64,000 nt of DNA, taken from NCBI RefSeq assembly GCF_044324875.1, contig NZ_CP172185.1, one strand, 5' to 3'. The notes below the pieces were generated by a model. That model searched no databases. It saw only the letters and a program-made list of their open reading frames with translations, and was not told the origin of the DNA. The first letter of the stretch is position 1, and every line of letters begins with the position of its first letter. The DNA is from Escherichia coli (lineage in GTDB: Bacteria > Pseudomonadota > Gammaproteobacteria > Enterobacterales > Enterobacteriaceae). The translations under genes and the position numbers were made by a program. Shown here one piece after another: positions 42,189-52,106 of this stretch.

Positions 42189-43511
42189 TCAGAACAGCGT
42201 TAAACCAATGACGAAAATGACGCCGGAGAAGAGCAGGGCAGTGATGCAATAGCCCATGATGTCGCGGACACCGAGTCCGGCGATTGCCAGTGCTGGCAGC
42301 GCCCAGAATGGTTGTGCCATGTTCATCCATTGCTCGCCGTAGGCGATCGCCATTACCGATTTACCGAGATCAGCGCCCAGCGCCTGGGCTGCGGGTATCA
42401 CGAAAGGTCCCTGAATAACCCAGTGACCGCCGCCAGACGGAACGGCGAAGTTAATCAGTGCAGAACTAAAAAAGGTCATTACCGGGAAGGTGTCTTTGTT
42501 CGCAACATTGATGAAGAATTCGGTAATGAGTCCGCCCAGACCGGAATGCTCCATCATCAGTTGGATCCCAGCGTAGAAGGGGAATTGCACCAGAATACCG
42601 GCAGTACTGCGTGCTGCCGCGCTGATAGCACGCATATAAGCCATTGGCGTTTTATGTAGCAGCAGACCCGCAATCATAAACATCAGGTTGACGGTATTGA
42701 TGGTGATGTTGAAGCCATGTTCGCTGAAGTACATCGCAAGGTAAGCGATACCGAGTGCGCCGATGATCAACGTCAGAATGCGGCTTTCTTCCAGTCGCTC
42801 GGATGGTGGGGCATCTTTCGGTAGCTGCTTTTGGAAATCAGCCTCTTCCATGAGTAGTTTCGGATCGATACTCACCACGTCAGACGGTTTTGGCATCATC
42901 ATGCGGGTGATAAATGGCATCACCACAATCAACGCCACAGTGATGAAAATGTTAAAACCACTGAACAGAGTATCGCCCACCGGGATCAGCCCGGCGATAT
43001 GCTCAACCGGGTTGCCCGGTGTTGCAGCCAACAGAGGCATTGAGCCAGAGAAACCGCCACCCCAGGTGAGAAAACCAATGTAGGCGCAGGCAATGAGCAA
43101 CGGATAATCAGAACCGGGTACTCGGCGGGCGACTTCACGGGCAAACATTGCGCCGACAACCAAACCAAATCCCCAGTTGATGACACAAGCGACTGAACCG
43201 AAGAAAGTAACCAGCATGACGCCCTGTACGGGCGTCTTTGCGGCGGAGGCGGCAGTACGCAGCAAACTTTTTACCGGAGCAGAGCTGGCAAGGGCATGAC
43301 CGGTAACGATGATAAGTGCCATCTGCATACCAAACGCCAGCAAGTTCCAGAAACCGTCACCCCACATTTTCACCATGCTGATCGGCGTTTGTGGTGTTAA
43401 CCAAAGCGCGATCACGAAAGTTAGCAATGTCAGCAACATGGCAAAGATCAGTGGATCGGGAAGCCACCGGCTGACAAAACGCGTCATAAAACGCGATATG
43501 CGACCAATCAT
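42189..43511 (-). CDS. atoE: Short-chain fatty acid transporter
   Basis: 440-aa polytopic membrane protein; start overlaps the atoA stop. Confidence 0.9.
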   Translation of the reverse strand: MIGRISRFMTRFVSRWLPDPLIFAMLLTLLTFVIALWLTPQTPISMVKMWGDGFWNLLAFGMQMALIIVTGHALASSAPVKSLLRTAASAAKTPVQGVMLVTFFGSVACVINWGFGLVVGAMFAREVARRVPGSDYPLLIACAYIGFLTWGGGFSGSMPLLAATPGNPVEHIAGLIPVGDTLFSGFNIFITVALIVVMPFITRMMMPKPSDVVSIDPKLLMEEADFQKQLPKDAPPSERLEESRILTLIIGALGIAYLAMYFSEHGFNITINTVNLMFMIAGLLLHKTPMAYMRAISAAARSTAGILVQFPFYAGIQLMMEHSGLGGLITEFFINVANKDTFPVMTFFSSALINFAVPSGGGHWVIQGPFVIPAAQALGADLGKSVMAIAYGEQWMNMAQPFWALPALAIAGLGVRDIMGYCITALLFSGVIFVIGLTLF

Positions 43512-44158
43512 AAATCACCCCGTTGCGTATTCAGATCGGCGGCAACTTCAAACCGAGCTTCTGTTTTGGCACACACGGTGGCTAAATCACACCCGTCGGC
43601 AATTTCGGTGAGCCACATTTTGCCGTCAATAAAACGAAAGACAGCCAGTTCAGTAACCAGCATATGCACCGCATGTTGCGCAGTGAGTGGCATGGTGCAG
43701 CGGCGCAAAATTTTTGCTGAACCATCTTTGGCACAATGTTCCATGGCGATGATCACTTTGCGCGACCCGGTCACCAGATCCATCGCGCCACCCATACCGG
43801 GCACCATTTTCCCAGGCACTACCCAGTTCGCGAGGTTGGCTTCTTCGTCTACCTGCAAACCGCCGAGCACGCAGGCATCAATATGACCGCCGCGGATTAG
43901 CGCAAATGACATGGCGCTATCAAACATGGCTGCACCGGGTAAAACACCGCACGGTTGTCCGCCAGCGTTCACCAGATCTGGATGCGCTGTCGTGACCGGG
44001 CCTAAACCGAGGAAGCCGTTTTCCGATTGCAGAGTGATATGAATACCCTCCGGTAAATAATTGGCGACCATTGTGGGTAAACCGATCCCTAAGTTAACGA
44101 TGTCACCATCACGAAGCTCTTGCGCCACACGGCGCGCAATACGTTGTTTCGCATCCAT
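43508..44158 (-). CDS. atoA: Acetate CoA-transferase beta subunit
   Basis: 216-aa [31 protein letters not shown]... Confidence 0.9.
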   Translation of the reverse strand: MDAKQRIARRVAQELRDGDIVNLGIGLPTMVANYLPEGIHITLQSENGFLGLGPVTTAHPDLVNAGGQPCGVLPGAAMFDSAMSFALIRGGHIDACVLGGLQVDEEANLANWVVPGKMVPGMGGAMDLVTGSRKVIIAMEHCAKDGSAKILRRCTMPLTAQHAVHMLVTELAVFRFIDGKMWLTEIADGCDLATVCAKTEARFEVAADLNTQRGDL

Positions 44159-44820
44159 TATTTGCTCTCCTGTGAAACGATGATGTGGTCGATAACGGCA
44201 CCAGGGGTGACAATATGGTCAGGTTGCAGCTCGCCGATTTCGACCAGTTCATCTGGCTCTACCAGCGTGATATCAGCCGCAAGGGCTATCAGGGGGTTAA
44301 AGTTGCGGGCGCTAAGGTGATAGGTCAGGTTGCCAAGTGTGTCGCAACGATGAGCGCGAATTAGCGCCAGGTCGGCGCGCAGTGGGCGTTCGAGCAGCCA
44401 GGTTTTACCGTCGAGTGTCAGTGTCTGTTTGCCTTCCTCTACGACGGTGCCGACACCCGTTGGGGTGAGAAAACCACCAAGTCCAGCTCCACCACAGCGA
44501 ATTTGCTCGATTAGCGTACCTTGCGGCACCAGAACGACGTCCATCTCACCAGATATCATGCGCCGACCTGTTTCCGGGTTGGTGCCGATATGTGAAGCAA
44601 TCACTTTGCGGACTCGACCATTGACGATGAGCGGACCGATGCCAGTATCAACAAACGCGGTATCATTGGCTATCAATGTCAGGTCGCGAACACCAGATTC
44701 CAGTAATGCTTCAACCAGGCGGGATGGAGTGCCAATCCCCATAAATCCGCCCACCATGATGGTCATGCCGTCACGAAAGAAGCCGGTGGCATCTTGTAAT
44801 GTCATCAATTTTGTTTTCAT
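44158..44820 (-). CDS. atoD: Acetate CoA-transferase alpha subunit
   Basis: 220-aa [29 protein letters not shown]... Confidence 0.9.
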   Translation of the reverse strand: MKTKLMTLQDATGFFRDGMTIMVGGFMGIGTPSRLVEALLESGVRDLTLIANDTAFVDTGIGPLIVNGRVRKVIASHIGTNPETGRRMISGEMDVVLVPQGTLIEQIRCGGAGLGGFLTPTGVGTVVEEGKQTLTLDGKTWLLERPLRADLALIRAHRCDTLGNLTYHLSARNFNPLIALAADITLVEPDELVEIGELQPDHIVTPGAVIDHIIVSQESK

Positions 44821-44860
44821 TTTTTATCCCTCTTGCATACACCGTTGTGGGTACAGTCAG

Positions 44861-44882
44861 GGAATAGCAAGGGGAGTGCCAG
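44861..44882 (-). promoter_or_regulatory. Sigma-54 (-24/-12) promoter for atoDAEB
   Basis: On the ato strand: cTGGCACtccccTTGCTa (TGGCAC-N5-TTGC), about 40-60 bp upstream of the atoD ATG; fits AtoC being an NtrC-type activator. Confidence 0.55.
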
Positions 44883-44963
44883 AATGAGATTACTGGATTT
44901 TGTTATTTAACTAATTGAATATGAAGGGATAAATTGGATGGGGATTTATAAGGAGAATGAGCG

Positions 44964-45004
44964 GCTATGCAGAAAATTGCGCACTGTGCAAATTTCTGCA
45001 TAGC
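44964..45004. promoter_or_regulatory. AtoC enhancer: 20-bp inverted repeat pair
   Basis: gctatgcagaaaattgcgca-c-tgtgcaaatttctgcatagc, about 18/20 symmetrical, just downstream of the atoC stop and about 100 bp upstream of the sigma-54 promoter. Confidence 0.6.
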
Positions 45005-45015
45005 AAGTTTTAGCG

Positions 45016-46401
45016 TTATACATCCGCCGGATCGATACCGTATTCCTGGAGTTTATACATCAATGCACGGCGACTGATGCCCAGCATTAAAGCAGTGCGG
45101 GTTCGGTTTCCTTCTTGTTGTTCCAGCACTTCCATAATGATGCGTTTTTCGACGCGTTTAATTTCCTCTTTTAAATTACGCTCTCCGACAGGGGATGTTT
45201 TTACCTCGCCAGCATTACTGACTGGCTGACGAATCTGCGGCGGAAGATCCTCAGAAAAAATGATCGGGCCTGAGTTCATCACGACGGCGCGTTCAATAAC
45301 GTTGGAAAGCTCTCGAATATTTCCCGGCCATGACCAGGCGGTAAGCAGTGACATTGCCATCGGATCGATGTCGATAATATCGCGCTGATTCTCACTACTG
45401 AATTTTTGCAAAAAGTGATTAGCTAACAGGGAAATATCTTCCCGGCGATCGCGCAGAGGCGGCAGTATTAAATGAATAACGTTAAGGCGATAAAAGAGAT
45501 CTTCACGGAAGGTGCCTTCTTTCACCATTGCCTGCAAGTCGCGGTTGGTGGCAGCAATGATGCGGATATCAACTTTTATGGTCTGATGGCCGCCAATCCG
45601 TTCAAATTCCCGTTCCTGCAGAATGCGTAGTAATTTGGCTTGCAGTACGAGCGGCATTTCGCCAATTTCGTCGAGGAGCAGAGTACCTTCGTTGGCACGT
45701 TCAAATAATCCCTGACGCAAGGTTTGTGCACCAGTAAATGCCCCTTTTTCATGACCAAACAGTTCACTTTCGAGCAACGATTCCGGCAGCGCCGCGCAGT
45801 TGACTTTAATGAACGGCCCCTTTGCCCGCCGCGAATTGTAGTGAATCGCTCTGGCAATCAACTCTTTCCCGGTGCCGCTTTCACCGCTAATCAAGACGCT
45901 GGCCTGAGAAAGGGCAATTTTGGCGGTGTCTTTGCAGATATCCATCATCGCCGGGCTGTTGGTGAGAATGTGCCCCCATTGCCAGCTGGTGCTCAGTGCC
46001 TGGTGCAGATGACGGATCTCTTTTTTCATTGACTGGAGTTGTAAAGCGCGCTGAACGATTAAATTCAACTCATCGAGATCAAACGGTTTGATAACATAGT
46101 CGAAGGCCCCGCAGCGTAGCGCTTCGACGGCGGTTTCCACTTCAGCATAGGCCGTCATCAGAATAACGGGGGTCCGTGTCTCATGGCTGCGCATCTCCTT
46201 GAGTGCCTTGATGCCGTCCATCTCTGGCATGCGGATATCCATCAACACCACGTCAGGGTGAATATCAGCAAACAGGTGTAATGCTGTGCGTCCGTTGTTC
46301 GCACAATGTGTTTCGAAACCTTGTAGTGCAAAAGCGGTGCTCAGCATACGGCGAACATTATCTTCATCATCCACAATAAGGATGCGATTAATAGCAGTCA
46401 T
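45016..46401 (-). CDS. atoC: NtrC-family sigma-54-dependent response regulator
   Basis: 461-aa ORF with receiver domain (ILIVDDEDNVRRML), AAA+ sigma-54 interaction domain (GESGTGKE, GAFTGA) and C-terminal HTH. Confidence 0.9.
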   Translation of the reverse strand: MTAINRILIVDDEDNVRRMLSTAFALQGFETHCANNGRTALHLFADIHPDVVLMDIRMPEMDGIKALKEMRSHETRTPVILMTAYAEVETAVEALRCGAFDYVIKPFDLDELNLIVQRALQLQSMKKEIRHLHQALSTSWQWGHILTNSPAMMDICKDTAKIALSQASVLISGESGTGKELIARAIHYNSRRAKGPFIKVNCAALPESLLESELFGHEKGAFTGAQTLRQGLFERANEGTLLLDEIGEMPLVLQAKLLRILQEREFERIGGHQTIKVDIRIIAATNRDLQAMVKEGTFREDLFYRLNVIHLILPPLRDRREDISLLANHFLQKFSSENQRDIIDIDPMAMSLLTAWSWPGNIRELSNVIERAVVMNSGPIIFSEDLPPQIRQPVSNAGEVKTSPVGERNLKEEIKRVEKRIIMEVLEQQEGNRTRTALMLGISRRALMYKLQEYGIDPADV

Positions 46402-48224
46402 ACAGTCTGATTTCCCTGCGGGTTGATCGGTAAAATAAGCGTGAAGGTTGCGCCGTAGCCCGGCAAACTGGCGACGCGAATATCACCCTGATGGGCATTA
46501 ATGATGCGTTGACTTAACGCCAGACCAAGCCCGGTTCCTGAGGCTTTGGTGGTGAAAAAGGGATCGAAGATCTTTTTTTGCAGCGAGAGATCAATGCCAC
46601 AGCCGTTGTCCTCTATCGAAATGGCCTGTTGTGAGTCGCTGTACTGCCAGGTTCGAATGCGAATTTTCCCTCGTGCACTGATAGCCTGGACGGCATTGAT
46701 CAGGATATTCAGTAGTACCTGTTTGAGCAGTTCACGATCGGCGTTAATCGGGCTTAATTCATTATCCAGTTCGCTTATGAAGTCGATCCGCGCTTGTACG
46801 CCAGCGGTTTGTACCAGTACCAGAGTTTCTTCAACCAATGCATTGAGGCTGACTTGTTGCCATTGACTGTGGCGTGGACGTGAAAATTCGAGCAATTGCT
46901 GAATAACTTTGTTAATTGAATCGATTTCTTTGAGTACTACGGACAGATATTCCTGATGTATTGGGTCACCGGTTTGTTGGCGCAAGATCTGTACATAACC
47001 ACGAATAGCCGTTAGCGGATTACGTACTTCATGCGCGACGCCAGCCATCAGCTCACCCAGTGTGGCGAGGCGTTCTGCTTGCGCCATGCGGCGCTGGGTT
47101 TCTTTGCGGGCAGTTAAATCAGAGAAAATCACCAAAGCACCTATCATTTCACCATGCGTGTTATGAATACGACTGGTAGTGACACTGAGTTCAATGGTGC
47201 GGTCACGGCCTGGAAAACTGATCTCCAGCGCTACATGTTCGGTGCCATGTTCCAGCGTATCCAGTACTGGACTGTAGAACTGAGTATTGTCGAACAACAT
47301 GGAGTAAGGCTGCCCTACCAGTTCATGACGTTGATAGCCAGTGATGACTTCTGCTGCCGGGTTCATGGTGGTTACATCACCCTGGCGGTCAATGGCAATG
47401 ACGCCATCGGCAGCGTTTTCAATAATCAGATCGTTAAGTGTCCGCGTTTCACGCAGTGCCTGGGCGAGGTTGTTAACACTCTGACTGATTTGCCCCATTT
47501 CACCGGGCAATTGTGGTAATCGAGTGGGAATATTTTGCGCCAGAGTCGAGAGGCCATCGGTGATGATATCAATATTGGCGCTCAGGCGACGGGAGAAAAG
47601 GACAATCAACAGCAGGCTTATCAGCAAACCGGCGGTGAGCACAATGATAATCCTCACATCCATTTTCCAGGCCTGGCGGCGAATATCTTCGGTTAATTCA
47701 TTGGCCCAGATATAGCCGAGGATTTCACCATTACGCTCAATGGGGATCATTGAATTCAAAATATCGCCGCGCACCTGCCTGCCTGAATAAACCAAAGGGG
47801 TATTTGTACGCATGACTTCGCGACCAGGGTGATCTGCGGCAATGGTAACGCCGACATTATTCTGATATAGCGCTGAAGGCGCGTAGGTGATTATCGCATC
47901 CAGCGTTTTGTTGTAATAACTAGCGCCGATGCCAGGGAAGGCGTGAGTGATATTTTCGGTAATGGGGGCAAGTTCTGCATTTAATGCGCGGATACGCTCC
48001 TCACGTGGTAAGTCGATGTAGAGATCATAGCGATCGCCTAGTGCCTGATTAAGCAGGTTGACCACGGCAGAAAGTTTTTTCTCTTTTTCAGATAAGACTG
48101 CTGAACGTCCTTCCGTTTCTACGATATAACCAATAGTAAGCGTTGGGACAATGACCATCAGGATTGCCATCAGGATCATTTGATTGCGTAAGCGGCGTGG
48201 ATAAATCCACTTCATATAATGCAT
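46398..48224 (-). CDS. atoS: Sensor histidine kinase of the AtoSC two-component system
   Basis: ORF 46398..48236; ATG 48224 preferred (MHYMKWIYPRRL); TM segments, PAS domain, H-box (HEVRNPL), ATPase domain; 4-nt overlap with atoC. Confidence 0.9.
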   Translation of the reverse strand: MHYMKWIYPRRLRNQMILMAILMVIVPTLTIGYIVETEGRSAVLSEKEKKLSAVVNLLNQALGDRYDLYIDLPREERIRALNAELAPITENITHAFPGIGASYYNKTLDAIITYAPSALYQNNVGVTIAADHPGREVMRTNTPLVYSGRQVRGDILNSMIPIERNGEILGYIWANELTEDIRRQAWKMDVRIIIVLTAGLLISLLLIVLFSRRLSANIDIITDGLSTLAQNIPTRLPQLPGEMGQISQSVNNLAQALRETRTLNDLIIENAADGVIAIDRQGDVTTMNPAAEVITGYQRHELVGQPYSMLFDNTQFYSPVLDTLEHGTEHVALEISFPGRDRTIELSVTTSRIHNTHGEMIGALVIFSDLTARKETQRRMAQAERLATLGELMAGVAHEVRNPLTAIRGYVQILRQQTGDPIHQEYLSVVLKEIDSINKVIQQLLEFSRPRHSQWQQVSLNALVEETLVLVQTAGVQARIDFISELDNELSPINADRELLKQVLLNILINAVQAISARGKIRIRTWQYSDSQQAISIEDNGCGIDLSLQKKIFDPFFTTKASGTGLGLALSQRIINAHQGDIRVASLPGYGATFTLILPINPQGNQTV

Positions 48225-48390
48225 GCTGAAATCCACTAGTCTTGTCCGGTATATGACGATTATCAGAGGTTAAGGTGATGATTTCTCGGCGGTGTATCAT
48301 ATTCCAGAGAAGAGAGAACATTGCGGTAACACGCTTTTACCGCTACCTTAACCACACTCCATCGGTCACCTGAGGCGGAGCTTCGCCCCT

Positions 48391-51240
48391 TTGAAATACC
48401 TTGCTTCTTTTCGTACAACCCTGAAAGCCTCGCGCTACATGTTCAGAGCATTGGCGTTAGTGCTCTGGCTGTTGATTGCTTTTTCATCCGTTTTTTACAT
48501 CGTTAATGCGTTACATCAGCGAGAATCGGAAATTCGTCAGGAATTTAATCTGAGTTCCGATCAGGCTCAGCGCTTTATTCAACGCACCTCTGATGTGATG
48601 AAAGAGCTGAAGTACATCGCCGAAAATCGCTTATCGGCAGAAAACGGTGTGCTTTCCCCGCGTGGACGAGAAACGCAGGCGGATGTGCCTGCGTTTGAAC
48701 CGCTGTTTGCCGACTCCGATTGTTCCGCAATGAGTAACACCTGGCGAGGCTCTCTGGAGTCATTGGCGTGGTTTATGCGCTACTGGCGCGATAATTTCTC
48801 TGCAGCTTACGATCTCAACCGGGTATTTTTAATCGGCAGCGATAACCTCTGCATGGCCAATTTCGGTCTGCGTGATATGCCAGTGGAACGCGATACCGCG
48901 TTGAAAGCGTTGCATGAACGCATCAATAAATATCGAAATGCACCACAAGATGATAGCGGCAGTAACCTCTACTGGATCAGCGAAGGTCCGCGCCCTGGCG
49001 TCGGGTATTTTTACGCGTTGACGCCAGTTTATCTGGCGAACCGGTTGCAGGCGCTTTTGGGTGTCGAGCAGACCATCCGGATGGAGAACTTTTTCTTACC
49101 TGGTACGTTGCCGATGGGGGTTACCATTCTTGATGAAAATGGTCATACCCTGATTTCGCTTACCGGACCAGAAAGCAAAATTAAGGGCGATCCTCGCTGG
49201 ATGCAGGAACGCTCCTGGTTTGGCTATACGGAAGGGTTCCGGGAGCTGGTGCTGAAGAAAAATCTGCCACCCTCATCGCTAAGCATCGTGTATTCGGTGC
49301 CGGTTGATAAGGTGCTGGAACGCATTCGCATGTTGATCCTTAACGCAATTTTGCTGAATGTGCTTGCCGGAGCTGCATTGTTTACTCTCGCGCGGATGTA
49401 CGAGCGGCGTATTTTCATTCCGGCGGAAAGCGACGCCTTGCGACTGGAAGAACATGAGCAGTTTAATCGCAAGATTGTCGCCTCCGCGCCAGTGGGTATC
49501 TGCATTTTGCGTACCGCTGATGGCGTCAATATTTTAAGTAACGAACTGGCGCATACCTATCTCAATATGCTTACGCATGAGGATCGCCAACGACTGACGC
49601 AAATTATCTGTGGGCAGCAGGTCAATTTTGTTGATGTCCTGACCAGCAACAATACCAATCTGCAAATCAGCTTCGTCCATTCGCGCTATCGTAATGAAAA
49701 CGTGGCCATTTGTGTGCTGGTGGATGTTTCTTCGCGCGTGAAGATGGAAGAGTCGTTGCAGGAGATGGCACAAGCAGCGGAACAGGCGAGCCAGTCAAAA
49801 TCGATGTTCCTTGCCACCGTCAGTCATGAGCTGCGAACGCCGCTGTATGGCATTATCGGTAACCTGGATCTGTTGCAAACCAAAGAGTTACCGAAAGGCG
49901 TCGATCGTCTGGTGACGGCAATGAACAACTCTTCCAGCCTGTTGTTGAAAATTATCAGCGATATTCTCGATTTCTCGAAGATTGAATCGGAACAGTTGAA
50001 GATCGAACCGCGTGAGTTTTCACCGCGTGAAGTGATGAACCACATCACCGCCAACTATTTACCGCTGGTGGTACGCAAGCAGTTAGGCTTGTACTGCTTT
50101 ATTGAACCGGATGTGCCAGTGGCCTTAAATGGCGACCCGATGCGTTTACAGCAGGTCATCTCCAACCTGTTGAGTAACGCCATAAAATTCACCGATACCG
50201 GCTGTATAGTTTTGCATGTTCGCACTGATGGCGATTATCTCTCTATCCGTGTTCGCGATACCGGCGTGGGGATTCCGGCGAAAGAAGTGGTGCGCTTGTT
50301 TGATCCCTTCTTCCAGGTCGGAACGGGCGTACAGCGTAACTTCCAGGGGACCGGTCTGGGTCTGGCGATTTGTGAAAAACTGATCAGCATGATGGACGGC
50401 GATATCTCGGTAGATTCAGAACCGGGAATGGGTAGCCAGTTTACCGTGCGTATTCCGTTGTACGGCGCTCAGTACCCGCAGAAAAAAGGCGTGGAAGGGT
50501 TGAGTGGTAAACGCTGCTGGCTGGCGGTCCGCAATGCGTCGCTCTGTCAGTTCCTGGAAACCAGTTTGCAGCGCAGCGGCATCGTCGTTACAACATACGA
50601 AGGGCAGGAACCGACTCCCGAAGATGTGTTAATCACTGACGAGGTAGTGAGCAAAAAATGGCAGGGTAGAGCGGTAGTGACCTTCTGTCGTCGCCATATT
50701 GGTATTCCGCTGGAGAAAGCGCCAGGAGAGTGGGTACACAGTGTGGCTGCTCCGCATGAGCTACCGGCATTGTTGGCGCGTATTTATTTGATCGAGATGG
50801 AGAGCGACGATCCTGCTAACGCTCTGCCGTCGACGGACAAAGCGGTCAGCGATAATGACGATATGATGATTCTGGTCGTGGATGATCATCCGATTAACCG
50901 ACGTCTGCTGGCAGATCAGTTGGGATCGTTGGGCTATCAATGTAAAACCGCGAATGATGGCGTCGATGCGCTTAATGTACTTAGCAAGAATCATATTGAT
51001 ATCGTGCTTAGCGACGTCAACATGCCAAATATGGATGGTTACCGCTTGACGCAACGCATTCGTCAGTTGGGACTGACGTTGCCGGTAATCGGAGTAACTG
51101 CTAATGCGTTGGCTGAAGAGAAGCAGCGGTGTCTGGAGTCTGGTATGGACAGCTGCCTGTCGAAGCCGGTAACGCTGGATGTGATAAAACAGACGCTAAC
51201 GGTATATGCCGAGAGGGTCAGGAAATCGCGGGAATCGTAG
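48391..51240 (+). CDS. rcsC: Hybrid sensor kinase RcsC
   Basis: 949-aa ORF MKYLASFRTTLKASRYMFRALALVLWLL... with H-box (SHELRTPL), ATPase and C-terminal receiver domain. Confidence 0.95.
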   Translation: MKYLASFRTTLKASRYMFRALALVLWLLIAFSSVFYIVNALHQRESEIRQEFNLSSDQAQRFIQRTSDVMKELKYIAENRLSAENGVLSPRGRETQADVPAFEPLFADSDCSAMSNTWRGSLESLAWFMRYWRDNFSAAYDLNRVFLIGSDNLCMANFGLRDMPVERDTALKALHERINKYRNAPQDDSGSNLYWISEGPRPGVGYFYALTPVYLANRLQALLGVEQTIRMENFFLPGTLPMGVTILDENGHTLISLTGPESKIKGDPRWMQERSWFGYTEGFRELVLKKNLPPSSLSIVYSVPVDKVLERIRMLILNAILLNVLAGAALFTLARMYERRIFIPAESDALRLEEHEQFNRKIVASAPVGICILRTADGVNILSNELAHTYLNMLTHEDRQRLTQIICGQQVNFVDVLTSNNTNLQISFVHSRYRNENVAICVLVDVSSRVKMEESLQEMAQAAEQASQSKSMFLATVSHELRTPLYGIIGNLDLLQTKELPKGVDRLVTAMNNSSSLLLKIISDILDFSKIESEQLKIEPREFSPREVMNHITANYLPLVVRKQLGLYCFIEPDVPVALNGDPMRLQQVISNLLSNAIKFTDTGCIVLHVRTDGDYLSIRVRDTGVGIPAKEVVRLFDPFFQVGTGVQRNFQGTGLGLAICEKLISMMDGDISVDSEPGMGSQFTVRIPLYGAQYPQKKGVEGLSGKRCWLAVRNASLCQFLETSLQRSGIVVTTYEGQEPTPEDVLITDEVVSKKWQGRAVVTFCRRHIGIPLEKAPGEWVHSVAAPHELPALLARIYLIEMESDDPANALPSTDKAVSDNDDMMILVVDDHPINRRLLADQLGSLGYQCKTANDGVDALNVLSKNHIDIVLSDVNMPNMDGYRLTQRIRQLGLTLPVIGVTANALAEEKQRCLESGMDSCLSKPVTLDVIKQTLTVYAERVRKSRES

Positions 51241-51432
<192 letters not shown>

Positions 51433-51439
51433 CAGGTGA

Positions 51440-52090
51440 TTAGTCTTTATCTGCCGGACTTAAGGTCACAGAAGAGAGATAATTCAGCAGAGCAATATCG
51501 TTCTCGACACCCAGCTTCATCATCGCAGATTTCTTCTGGCTACTGATGGTTTTGATACTGCGGTTCAGCTTTTTAGCGATCTCAGTCACCAGGAAACCTT
51601 CCGCAAACAGGCGCAGAACTTCACTCTCTTTTGGCGAGAGACGCTTGTCACCGTAACCACCAGCACTGATTTTTTCCAACAGGCGAGAAACGCTTTCCGG
51701 GGTAAATTTCTTCCCTTTCTGCAGCGCGGCGAGAGCTTTCGGCAGATCGGTCGGTGCACCTTGTTTCAGCACGATCCCTTCGATATCCAGATCCAATACC
51801 GCACTAAGAATCGCCGGGTTGTTGTTCATAGTCAGAACAATGATCGACAGGCTTGGGAAATGGCGCTTGATGTACTTGATTAAGGTAATGCCATCGCCGT
51901 ACTTATCGCCAGGCATGGAGAGATCGGTAATCAACACATGCGCATCCAGTTTCGGCAGGTTGTTGATCAGTGCTGTAGAGTCTTCAAATTCGCCGACAAC
52001 ATTCACCCACTCAATTTGCTCAAGTGATTTGCGAATACCGAACAAGACTATCGGATGGTCATCGGCAATAATTACGTTCATATTGTTCAT
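51440..52090 (-). CDS. rcsB: Response regulator RcsB (LuxR/FixJ family)
   Basis: ORF 51440..52135; start chosen at ATG 52090 (MNNMNVIIADDHPIVLFGIRKSL); C-terminal LuxR-type HTH. Confidence 0.95.
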   Translation of the reverse strand: MNNMNVIIADDHPIVLFGIRKSLEQIEWVNVVGEFEDSTALINNLPKLDAHVLITDLSMPGDKYGDGITLIKYIKRHFPSLSIIVLTMNNNPAILSAVLDLDIEGIVLKQGAPTDLPKALAALQKGKKFTPESVSRLLEKISAGGYGDKRLSPKESEVLRLFAEGFLVTEIAKKLNRSIKTISSQKKSAMMKLGVENDIALLNYLSSVTLSPADKD

Positions 52091-52106
52091 GTAATAGGCT
52101 ACCTTG

